DNA of 64,000 nucleotides, taken from assembly GCA_963823665.1 (NCBI GenBank), contig CAWGMQ010000004.1, forward strand, positions 1,664,001 to 1,728,000, in the 5' to 3' direction. This DNA is from an uncultured Planctomycetota bacterium. GTDB taxonomy: Bacteria > Planctomycetota > Planctomycetia > Isosphaerales > Isosphaeraceae. The position numbers and the translations under genes are program-made. Under the pieces are notes generated by a model. That model ran no database searches. It was not told the origin of the DNA and saw only the letters and a program-made list of their open reading frames with translations. Position 1 is the stretch's first letter. Each line of letters opens with the position of its first letter. Below, piece by piece: positions 43,412-52,437 of this stretch.

Positions 43412-44155
43412 ATGTACAAACACTGCATCTGGTGGCTGGCCTTCACTGCTTCCTTGTCAACCGGCTGGTCTTCGACCCAGGCATCGCCGATCAGCTACGC
43501 GTTCAGTGGGACGCTGGCGCAGCCTTTCAACGGGTCAAGCCAATTTTCCGGCACCTTCACTTATGACACCGATCTGCCGCCTTATCCCGGCATCACGGGG
43601 ACGCCTGGGTGGAGTTATTATTCGGGTGTGCCGGCCGATCCGTCCGAGCCGGTCTTGTCGTTGACATTCAACCTGGGCAGCACGCCTTCCTCGTCATTTG
43701 GGCCGATCGAAAGCGACGAACTCATCGTCGCTCACACTTCCGGATCCGACGGGTTCTTCATTCAGGAAAGCTTCAGCTACGCGGGCGGCCAGAACCTCTG
43801 GGCCGAGTTTGGCATGTCGAGCAACAATCTGGTTTCGCGCGCGCCCTTCACGTCATCGAACCCGCCCACGAGCTTGAACCTTGCCGATTTTTCGGGGGCG
43901 AACCTGGTCGTCCAGGGCACGACTTCGGATGGTCAGCAACTGAACGTCGTGGGAACAGTTACGTCGCTGGTGCCGCTGGGTGACAGCCAGATGCCGGTGC
44001 CCGAGCCGGCGTCGTTTCTGGTGTTCGCGGTAATGGGAGCCGGTGTGTTGTGCTACCTTCGCCGACGTGATCGCGATCGGGCCTATTCTGGTCATCGGCC
44101 GCCGAGTTCACCAGCGCCGCCTTTGGGAAAAGCTGCTGTGATCATGTCGAAGTGA
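43412..44155 (+). CDS. PEP-CTERM sorting-domain protein
   Basis: Signal peptide; VPEPAS + TM + RRR. Confidence 0.85.
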   Translation: MYKHCIWWLAFTASLSTGWSSTQASPISYAFSGTLAQPFNGSSQFSGTFTYDTDLPPYPGITGTPGWSYYSGVPADPSEPVLSLTFNLGSTPSSSFGPIESDELIVAHTSGSDGFFIQESFSYAGGQNLWAEFGMSSNNLVSRAPFTSSNPPTSLNLADFSGANLVVQGTTSDGQQLNVVGTVTSLVPLGDSQMPVPEPASFLVFAVMGAGVLCYLRRRDRDRAYSGHRPPSSPAPPLGKAAVIMSK

Positions 44156-44784
44156 TCTCGTATTGCCACACTATCCCTGGTCAGTGATTCGACTCTGACT
44201 CTTCGCGCTGAATCGGTCATGGCGTCGTCGCCGGCGCTCAAGCTGGCACTGGCAAGATCGGGCACGTCGAAACGCACGGCCTGCGTCGAGACCATGAAGA
44301 CATCACCTTTTTTGATTCCATATTTTTCGTCCAAGGCATTGTTCGCCGCAACGCGTACATCAAAAGGGCGATCCATGTTACGTGTGCCGATAAGCTGAGT
44401 CGTGGCCTTTTTCAGATCAATGCCCGCTTCTTCCGCGGCCTCACGAGTTGCCGCCTGAATGGCTGATTCGACGCCACCACCTTGAGTCGGATCGATAAAC
44501 CCGCCCGGCAAAGCTGGTTTTCCCATGCCTGGGTCATGCTTTCGATTGATCATCACGATGTATTCGCCATCCGTAATAATTGGATCCACGGCGTGAACGA
44601 CATGGGCATTGACGGTGTTTCCATCTGCTAACGTGATCTCCCCCAATGGGTGAGATGCTTTTTCGGGTGTTCCCGTGATTCCAAGTGCCTTCGCTCGTCT
44701 GGCAATTTCCAGACGTGCGGGGTCATTATCGTCGATCATCCAGCTCGTCATGAATGTTGCTCCTACACTGGGGGGGAAGGCCAT
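44092..44784 (-). CDS. NUDIX hydrolase
   Basis: ALPGGFID...ESAIQAATREAAEEAGI, AGDDA, RDH. Confidence 0.85.
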   Translation of the reverse strand: MAFPPSVGATFMTSWMIDDNDPARLEIARRAKALGITGTPEKASHPLGEITLADGNTVNAHVVHAVDPIITDGEYIVMINRKHDPGMGKPALPGGFIDPTQGGGVESAIQAATREAAEEAGIDLKKATTQLIGTRNMDRPFDVRVAANNALDEKYGIKKGDVFMVSTQAVRFDVPDLASASLSAGDDAMTDSARRVRVESLTRDSVAIRDHFDMITAAFPKGGAGELGGR

Positions 44785-44806
44785 GCGGGCTCTCCATCTT
44801 CGCCGG

Positions 44807-45193
44807 TTAATCGTGGACGACTACCATTTTACCGCCAGCCTGGTTGGCTTCCATGACGCGATGCGCCTCGCGGATCTCTTCGAAGCGGAAGATGCGAGAT
44901 GGCTTCGCTTCGAGGCGGCCTGCCGCCACGTCGTCGGCGATCTTCTGAAGCGGGAGGTCGGAGCGCGGGAAGCGTGGGGTGCCGAAGACGAAGCTGCCGA
45001 AGAACGTCAGGTAGATGCCGCTCGCCATCTGCAAGAGCGGGTTGAAGGCAGCGATCGGCGCGAGGCCGCCCAGCCAGCCGGCAAGGCAGGCGCGCCCGCC
45101 GCGGCGGAGCATCGCCAGCGAATCGATGATCGTGCTGTTGCCGACCAGGTCGAGCACCGCGTCGAGCTTCTTTGCCTCGGCAATCCGTGTCAC
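44807..45193 (-). pseudogene. C-terminal fragment of an MDR/quinone oxidoreductase
   Basis: LDAVLDLVG...EEIREAHRVMEANQAGGKMVV present; the N-terminal GroES-like domain and the GxG region are missing. Confidence 0.7.
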
Positions 45194-46044
45194 GCTGAAA
45201 GGAACTCCCGGATCGCCGCGGCGATTGGCTCGGCGTGCGTTTCGAGCGCGAAGTGCCCGGTGTCGAAGAAGCGGATGTCGGCGTCCGGGATGTCGCGATT
45301 GAACGCCTCTGCGCCGGCAGGGAGGAAGAAGGGGTCGTTGCGGCCCCACACCGCCAGGAAGCGCGGGTGGTGCGTGCGGAAGTAGTCCTGGAAGGCCGGG
45401 TAGAGCGCCACGTTGCTCGCGTAATCGCGGAAGAGGTCGAGCTGGATCTCGTGCGCTCCCGGCCGCGTCAGGTAGAAGTCGTCGAGCGAATAGCCGTCGG
45501 GGGAAACGGCGGTCGCGTCGGGCACGCCGTGGGTATACTGCCAGAGTGTCGCCTCGGGGGTCAAGAAGGCGCAGAGCGCCTCCCGGTTGGCTGGCGACGG
45601 CTCCCGCCAATACGCACGGATGGGATTCCAGCCGTCGCTCAGGCCTTCCTCGTACGCGTTGCCGTTCTGGGAGATGATCGCGGCGATCCGTGTCGGGTGC
45701 CGCATCGCGATGCGGAAGCCAGTCGGGGCGCCGTAGTCGAAGACGTAGACGGCGAATCGGTCGAAGCCGACGAGCTCGGTGAAACGATCGATGACCCCGG
45801 CGAGACTGTCGAACGTGTAAGCGAACTTCTCCCGCGCGGGCATCGCCGTCCGGCCGAAGCCCGGAAGATCAGGTGCGACGATGTGAAAGCGGTCGGCCAG
45901 GCGCGGGAGCAGGTCGCGAAACATGTGGCTCGAGCTGGGAAAGCCGTGAAGCAGCAGCAGCTTGGGCGCGCCGGAATTCCCGGCTTCGCGATAGAACACG
46001 TCGAGCCCCTCGACGTCGATCGTGCGGTATCTCACGGTGGTCAT
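45190..46044 (-). CDS. Alpha/beta hydrolase (epoxide hydrolase/dehalogenase-like)
   Basis: LLLHGFPSSSHMFR, FDYGAP, GHFALE. Confidence 0.93.
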   Translation of the reverse strand: MTTVRYRTIDVEGLDVFYREAGNSGAPKLLLLHGFPSSSHMFRDLLPRLADRFHIVAPDLPGFGRTAMPAREKFAYTFDSLAGVIDRFTELVGFDRFAVYVFDYGAPTGFRIAMRHPTRIAAIISQNGNAYEEGLSDGWNPIRAYWREPSPANREALCAFLTPEATLWQYTHGVPDATAVSPDGYSLDDFYLTRPGAHEIQLDLFRDYASNVALYPAFQDYFRTHHPRFLAVWGRNDPFFLPAGAEAFNRDIPDADIRFFDTGHFALETHAEPIAAAIREFLSA

Positions 46045-46166
46045 GTCAACTCTCCTCGTGGATGATAATCGGTCAAGGCGAATCCCAGATCTTGATCGTC
46101 CAGTCGTGGCCGGCGGTCGCCATCAATTTACCGCGCCTCGTGATCGCCGGCTGTCGAAACCGGGGC

Positions 46167-47429
46167 TCACCTGCCGCCGATTGGAAGCGTCAGGAGGGGG
46201 CCGCCGGGTTTATCGGCCGATTCTTGAAGCGCGAACACCATCTCGAGGATTGCCAGGGTCGCTCGCGAGTTCACGTCGTTTGAGGCTATGTAGAACCAGT
46301 AACCTCGATAGGGAACTGCGACCTCCGCGTCGCGAGGGCGGTGCTTCTGTACGTGAACGAGGAAATTTCCCGCAGTGACGTGCGTCCAGTCGTACGGCTG
46401 ACCGTTCTGGTCGAGCGTCACCGGGGCTACTCCGGACGATACGTGCTCTTCGGGGACACACACGCCTCTGGAGAGAAACGTCATGATCTGCAGGACGGAT
46501 CGCAGATTCATATAGATCGTGTCGTTTTCCAGGGGCTTCGGCAGCTTTTGGTTAACCTCCTCGTTCAACTCCGACTTGATGCGATACTTGCTGAGCCCCG
46601 GGGTCAAGTGGAAGATCCGCGCGACCTCCTGCATCTCGGGTGAGTCGACGAACGGCGGCCGGATCCGGAGATACAGTCCCTTTTCACGCTTGAGCAACTT
46701 GACCCTCTCCTCCGGTTCAGCACGGTAGACATACCCGTCGCGGGCGGCGTCGAGCAGGTCGCGCCCCTTGACGGTGCTCTTGGCCATCGGGTCGGACGCG
46801 TCGTCGGATTCGTCGCCGGTTCCGAACGCCAGCTCGGTGCCGTCGCGGTCCCGCAGTGACGCCAGGAGCCGAATTCCTCTCACGAACGTCGCGTTGTCGT
46901 CGGGCACCTTGGGGAGCAGAGTCGTGGCCCGGTAGGCGTTGGACACATCGTTGATGTCGTTGATGGAGAATAATAACAGTTGCTCGAGGTTGGCGCCGCC
47001 GTTGACCACGATGAACAGATCAGCCGACAAGGGGGTCAATAGTGCCTTGGCGATCTCGCGTCCTTCTCGCGGGTGATAGCTCAGGGTCGGCGTGTCGCGG
47101 AGAGACATGTTGCCGAAGCCGAGGCTCGCCGGGGCATTTGTCTGGTTGCCGTAGCCGCCGAGATAATTGCCCCCACCGGCCACCTCGAACTGGCTGGTGA
47201 TATTTGGCAGGTCGATGAACACCGGAGAGTCGGCGTAGCGAAGGCGCACGATGTTGATCAAGAGTTGCTCATCGTTCGTGTCGCGGACGACTTCGTTGTA
47301 CCGCAGGCGCGTGTAGCGCACTGCTTTGGGGCCCAAGCAGCCGCTCATGCCGGCACACGCGGCAAGCACGATGACAAAATGCTGAAACGACCGGCGCCCT
47401 GGCGTCGGACGCCGACGCTGATCGTGCAT
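46167..47429 (-). CDS. Hypothetical lipoprotein
   Basis: MSGC lipobox; EQLLINIVRLRY; AVPYRGYWFYI. Confidence 0.75.
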   Translation of the reverse strand: MHDQRRRPTPGRRSFQHFVIVLAACAGMSGCLGPKAVRYTRLRYNEVVRDTNDEQLLINIVRLRYADSPVFIDLPNITSQFEVAGGGNYLGGYGNQTNAPASLGFGNMSLRDTPTLSYHPREGREIAKALLTPLSADLFIVVNGGANLEQLLLFSINDINDVSNAYRATTLLPKVPDDNATFVRGIRLLASLRDRDGTELAFGTGDESDDASDPMAKSTVKGRDLLDAARDGYVYRAEPEERVKLLKREKGLYLRIRPPFVDSPEMQEVARIFHLTPGLSKYRIKSELNEEVNQKLPKPLENDTIYMNLRSVLQIMTFLSRGVCVPEEHVSSGVAPVTLDQNGQPYDWTHVTAGNFLVHVQKHRPRDAEVAVPYRGYWFYIASNDVNSRATLAILEMVFALQESADKPGGPLLTLPIGGR

Positions 47430-47577
47430 GAGAGTCTCTCAAATCCGTCAGGGAGTGCCCCTGCTCCTGCCTTACGCGCAGTGCCCAGGCGCGCTCTATC
47501 ATTGTTATCGGCGGCATAAACCCTAAACTTCACCAAATCGGAACACTCGCTCGAGAACTGCGGAACCGATTGGTTGT

Positions 47578-47812
47578 CCAGCTTGGATCGGTTGGCCTAC
47601 CTGGGCGGATACCTTGTCCACGCTCAAGGCGGGCTTGAATGGTTCTTATCCGGCTGTTACTTCCATGTGCCCCTGCGTCCGGGCACGGGCCTTGGACAGC
47701 TTGATCTGCACGTCATAGCCCAGGCGGATGATGAAGCGGAGCAGCCTGTCGGTCGAGAATCCATCGAGGCGGCCTCTGAGCAGTTCGGAAACCTTGGGCT
47801 GGCGGATGCCGA
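47578..47812. repeat. Copy A of the XRE/RHH cassette fragment (direct repeat of 59912..60147)
   Basis: About 235 bp nearly identical to 59912..60147 by direct alignment; encodes GIRQPKVSELLRG..FSTDRLLRF on the minus strand with no start. Confidence 0.9.
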
Positions 47813-47910
47813 GCTATCTGGCACCGTGTACCTTCATCAACCTCCACAGCAACACGCGGCAATCCCGCTGCGGATCGTCGTGGCAGTCAATTATTATCAT
47901 ACTCATAGCA

Positions 47911-48414
47911 TTACTTCGTTTTATTATGACATAAAAGTCCATTAGCGACGTAATTCTCATGAACGTCGTCGACGGACAGGTCGAACACCTCGAAGAGGCC
48001 CTCGACGGCTTCAAGCGAGCGGATCCGGACCAAGATGCCGTCGCCGTTCATCACGCGGTCGCCCAGCTTGATCGCCCCGGCTGGAACCCACTCGGTGGCG
48101 GTTCGCACGGGCTGGCCTGGAGTGACCAGCCACGACTGGTTCATACGGATACAGCGGGTGCTGGTCGAGGTCGCAACGTGCGTGATCTTTGCCCTCACCC
48201 GATCGTTCCCGGTTCGCAGTCGTATTGACAGCACTTCATCGCCGGGCCGCAGGTGCTCAACGGCGCGCTGGCCCTGCGGAGTATCGATGAGGCTCCCGGA
48301 CGGAACGCACGAGCTGCGTTTGCCCGGCACGGGCCAGTACTCTTTCGGGATCGCCTCGTGCAATTGCTCATTTCTCTCGGAACGAAGGAGCTGCAGATCG
48401 TGGTCATGCTCCAT
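47911..48414 (-). CDS. Hint (intein-like) domain protein
   Basis: Block A CVPSGSLIDT...VEHLRPGDEVLS; block F/G VFDLSVDDVHENYVANGLLCHN-KTK*. Confidence 0.88.
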   Translation of the reverse strand: MEHDHDLQLLRSERNEQLHEAIPKEYWPVPGKRSSCVPSGSLIDTPQGQRAVEHLRPGDEVLSIRLRTGNDRVRAKITHVATSTSTRCIRMNQSWLVTPGQPVRTATEWVPAGAIKLGDRVMNGDGILVRIRSLEAVEGLFEVFDLSVDDVHENYVANGLLCHNKTK

Positions 48415-48866
48415 TATTTGCCGATGACCTCCTCATCGGCAAAATGGCTGCACTCGGCGGCAATGTCCTTGCTGCTGGAGTGGCTCACGACTGCGGCGGC
48501 AATGATTTCCTTGTCGATATTATTGATGATATAGGCATTATGTGCGTCGCCCTCGAGAAGAGCCTTCGAGATCTCCTCATGGCGCTTCCGCTGTTGAAGG
48601 AGGCCGATATCGTGATAGAGTATCGCCATCATGGCCAGGAATAACTCATAAGGATCGAGATGCGCGAGCGGTTTCGGGCCGACGAGGTGATCAAGGTTCT
48701 CTAGAACGCGGGTAATGTGTCCCCGGCCATGATTGTTCCCCCCGGGAAAGCCCGCCGCCCAGTGCTCGTACTCGATGCTCAGCAATCGATCCTTCATCAG
48801 ATCGAATTTCGTGATGAAGGGCTCCTTGAGGGCTCTCTCGATCCGGAGCCGCTTTGCGGTGGCCAT
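48414..48866 (-). CDS. HD-domain protein (HD-CE-like), C-terminally truncated
   Basis: HGRGHITRV, ELFLAMMAILYHDIG, RHEEIS, VSHS; stops before the last conserved Asp helix. Confidence 0.75.
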   Translation of the reverse strand: MATAKRLRIERALKEPFITKFDLMKDRLLSIEYEHWAAGFPGGNNHGRGHITRVLENLDHLVGPKPLAHLDPYELFLAMMAILYHDIGLLQQRKRHEEISKALLEGDAHNAYIINNIDKEIIAAAVVSHSSSKDIAAECSHFADEEVIGK

Positions 48867-48949
48867 GGCATGATCCTCATTCCTGGGCGTCGACGGACGG
48901 CGCGAACGATCAGCTTAACAGGGGTTCTTCCGGGTTTGCAGTGGGTATG

Positions 48950-49070
48950 GGCCTTCGTCCCCTCGTAGGCCAGGGTTACGAGGGCCGGGGCCAGGTTGCG
49001 GATCACGGTGTAAACCGTGCTGTAGCTCGGCGGGCGTTCCGCGAGCTGTTTGGCGAGCGTGACAGCCTGG
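48950..49070 (-). mobile_element. Short remnant of a TniA/TnsB-type (Mu-like) transposase
   Basis: RPPSYSTVYTVIRNLAPALVTLAYEGTKA resembles the segment just before the DDE domain of these transposases. Confidence 0.6.
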
Positions 49071-49270
49071 CTGGTTCTTTTGAAGGGTCGGTGGGCCATT
49101 GGTTCCGATAGCACACTTCAGCGACAATAACGATGCGAGAAGATGTCTGTGCGTGCTGCGGCGATTCCGCGCAATTCGAACACGAGCACGTAACTCCCAA
49201 AAGCTTCGCACGGGTTGAATGGACCTACGCCGTCCTGACGAGCGGCCAAGTCAAATTGAAGAGGAGCGGA

Positions 49271-49672
49271 ATGAAGATGGCACGCAGCGTTTCGACGCAT
49301 CTCATGTTCGAGGGGGTTGCCGAGGAGGCGATGACTTTTTAGGTCTCGCTGTTTCGAGGGTCAGAGATCGTCAAGGTTGAGCGATACGGACCTGGGGAGC
49401 ATGGGGCGGAGGGCACCGTCAAGGTAGCGAACTTTACTCTCTGTGGGCGAGAGTTCATGTGCATCGACAGCCCGATCAAGCATGAGTTCACATTTACTCC
49501 GTCGATTTCGATATTTGTCGAATGCGAGAGCGACGCCGAAATCGAAGACGTGTTCGGCCGGCTTTTGTCCGGTGGGAACGTATTGATGCCGCTCGGCAAT
49601 TACGGGTTCAGCACAAAATTCGGCTGGTTGAAGGATCGGTTTGGTCCGTCGTGGCAACTGGACCTCTTATGA
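49271..49672 (+). pseudogene. PhnB/3-demethylubiquinone-methyltransferase-like VOC gene with an in-frame TAG
   Basis: HLMFEGVAEEAMTF*VSLF...LMPLGNYGFSTKFGWLKDRFG; TAG at 49340-49342 where Tyr is expected; GAGGAG RBS. Confidence 0.85.
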
Positions 49673-49831
49673 ACATGGTGGAGATCGAGCGATCGGTGCG
49701 GCCGACGTCCGGTCACACGCGCGGCGCGGTCGGAGACCCGCGAACATTGTGCGACGGCATGGAAGTGCTGGGCGGACGGATAGTCATGGCCCCGTCGAGA
49801 CATCCGCTCGCGATCAGCGCGAACGGCATAC

Positions 49832-49850
49832 CCCTTCGCGGAGCGAAGGG
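49832..49850. terminator. Hairpin or REP-like palindrome between convergent genes
   Basis: cccttcgc-gga-gcgaaggg. Confidence 0.4.
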
Positions 49851-49875
49851 CGACAATGGGCTCAGCGGAAAGCCG

Positions 49876-52381
49876 TTACTTTTTGGAGAGGGCGCATTCG
49901 AGCTGGTCGGGAACTTGCAGGCTCAAGGTGGATAGTCTTTGCCTGAGTGCCCCGAGGTAGTCGAAGTTGAACTGCTGGGCGTCGGGTGCGTGCCAGAGAA
50001 TGCAGCGTTCCTTGTATTGCCAGTCGAGGTGGACGACCGCCATGCTCGCGTCCTGGTAGATCCAGATGGCAATCACCTTTCTTGAGGCCGCGTCTTTTGC
50101 GAGGGCAGAAGGCGTGAAGATCTCGATCTGCTTGCCCCCCTGCATGCCCTTCATGACCGCCCGAACGGACTGCCGGCTTCGGCCGATCGGGATGACCGCG
50201 AGCTCGTAAGGCCCGACAGGGATCGTCCGGTGAGGGACGGTGGGCCGCGTGGCGTTCTCCAGCGTTTCCATCGCCGCTTCCCACAGGGAGTGGAGGGTGT
50301 TCTGTGTGAACAGGAAAGGCTCGGCCGTGGCGAGCGGGACTGTCGGCTTGACGCGCGGGGCGTCGTCGTCGTCGTTTGACCGCTCGTCCCGGGGGATGAC
50401 GCCTCCGACGTAAAACGGGCGCTTCTCCTGAGTCACCGGGCTCTCGGTGGGACTCGCGTCGGTCTCGTCCTCGTCGAGGTGAGGGTCGTCGATGACGGTG
50501 AGGAGGTCCTCGTCGAGTTGTTCGGCGACGTCCAGCGGAATCGCGATGACCATCATCTTGTCGAGCTGGACGCCCGCCACGGGAACGTGGAGCAGCTTGC
50601 CGACCACGTAGTCCCAGATCGCTTCGTGCCGCGGCCGGAACGTGCGCTGCCAGTGTGCCCGTTCGATCAGCGGGTAAACGACCTCCGGCCAGAAGTCGGC
50701 GCTCGCCTTATCGAGGTGGTCGGATCGCATGGCGTAGCGAAGGACCGCCTGGCGGAATTCGTCCTCTTGCGCCAGACTTCCGTGAGGCGGTTCCACAGGG
50801 ACACGCGGTGCGCGTCCAGGGTGTCGCGGGGTGGGGCGATCGTCGCCAGATCGGCGAGAGTGCGGGGCATCATGCCGGGGTTGAGCACGCCCTTGACGTC
50901 GAGCATCTGGTTGCGCGCGTAGTCGCTGGCCTCCTGGAGCCGCTTGCGGACCTGGCGGAATCGCCTGCACTTGCCGTGCGTATCGCGGCTGGCCAGGTAC
51001 TTCATCACCACGACGGGGGTGAGTGCGCCGCGAACGTCGGGGCGGTCCTGGAGCAATAAGCTGGCGCGATCGATCGCTTCCTGGGTCGGCTCAGCGGACA
51101 TCAGCCAGGTCATCGCCAGCAGAAGCCGCGCGCGGTCCGAGTTCTTCGCGTCCAGTGGTCGTCTCAGAAAGATTCCCTGTCGCCGCGAGCCGCCCAGGAG
51201 GTACGCCAGGTAGTGACCGCAAAGGTAGCGCTCTTCCGGCGAGACGACGATCGGCGTGTCGATCACCTGCTCGTACATCTCGCGGGCCACCGACTGGCCG
51301 TACGACTCCAAAGACTTGCGCGGCCGGTTTTGAACGACGTGAGGGGACCTCTGGGAAGGGAGGGCGGCGGCCCCGTGGTGTCCGAGAACCGGTGATTCGG
51401 CGACGGAGAGTCCTTTGCTCCTGGGTCGATGGGCCCCGTGTCAACCCGCCCCGTCCCGTTCCTCGCGGCATGCTCACCGTGCAGGCTGCCCACGCTCGCC
51501 GTGCTGGACGGCGGCGAGTAAACAGGCATCCGCGGGTCCGATCGCTTGAGTCCGGGGTTGATCCGGTCGAGCCGCTGCGCGCGCTCGGCTTCCTCGAATA
51601 GCTCGAGTGCCACCACGTTGCCCGAGGCCGGCCGTTTGACCGGATTCTTCGCCAGGAGCGAGAGGATCAAGGTCTCCAGGGTCGACCAGATTTCGGGGTT
51701 CTTGACCCGGGGCGGAGTAGGCGTGGCGCTCTTGTGCTGGCCCATCACCGACAGCGCATCGCCGACGAACGGAAGGTCGCCCGTTGCGCATTCGTAGAGC
51801 ATCACGCCCACGGAGTACAGATCGGTGCGATGGTCGAGCGACGTGCCCCGGGCCTGTTCCGGGCTCATGTAACTGGGCGTTCCCCGGATCGTCCAGGTCT
51901 GGTCCTTTCCGTCGCCGGTGACAAGCGACAGCCCGAAGTCGGAGAGCTTCGCCTCGTCGGTCGGCGTGAGCAAGACGTTGCCCGGTTTGACGTCGCGGTG
52001 GATCACCCCGCGGATGTGTGCGTAGTCGAGCGCCTCGGCCACCTGTGCGCAGATCCGCAGGCGATCGTCCAGGCGCAGTTCTCGCAAACGCTTCGAGAAG
52101 CTCGGCCCGTTCACCTCCTCCATGACCAGGAAACAAGTTCCCTCCGACTCGCCGAGGTCGTACAGCCGCACGATATTGTCGTGAACCAGCCGGGCGAGAA
52201 TCTGGGCCTCGAGGCGGATCTGCTTGGCTTCGTTCTCGGTGCGGGAGTCAATCAGGAATTTGATGGCCACGTTCCTGCCGAGCAACTGGTCGGTCGCCCG
52301 GTAGACGGTGCCCATGCCGCCCTGGCCCAGCTCCTTTTCCAGGGTGAATCGCTCGTTGAGCGTCGCGCCAACGCCGATCAC
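49876..52381 (-). CDS. Ser/Thr protein kinase with a large uncharacterised C-terminal region (frameshifts near 51310 and 50765)
   Basis: GQGGMG, AIK, HRDVKPGN, DFG, YMSPE; three overlapping ORF pieces read as one protein. Confidence 0.85.
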
Positions 52382-52437
52382 TGGAATATCCCCCGCGAGA
52401 GCAGAAGTTAAACGAAAGATGCGGTAGCCCTGTCAGG

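Noticed and set aside
44807..45610. 267-aa ORF as a full-length gene overlapping the hydrolase
   Set aside because: Only the part from 45193 down to 44807 looks like protein; the rest is an off-frame reading of the hydrolase.
47911..48414. Classical mobile intein
   Set aside because: No homing endonuclease, no conserved host gene, the +1 residue is Lys and the C-extein is only three residues.
49340..49342. Pyrrolysine or stop-codon reassignment
   Set aside because: It is a single TAG at a Tyr position, one base from TAC; other genes here end in TAG normally and no pyl genes are present.
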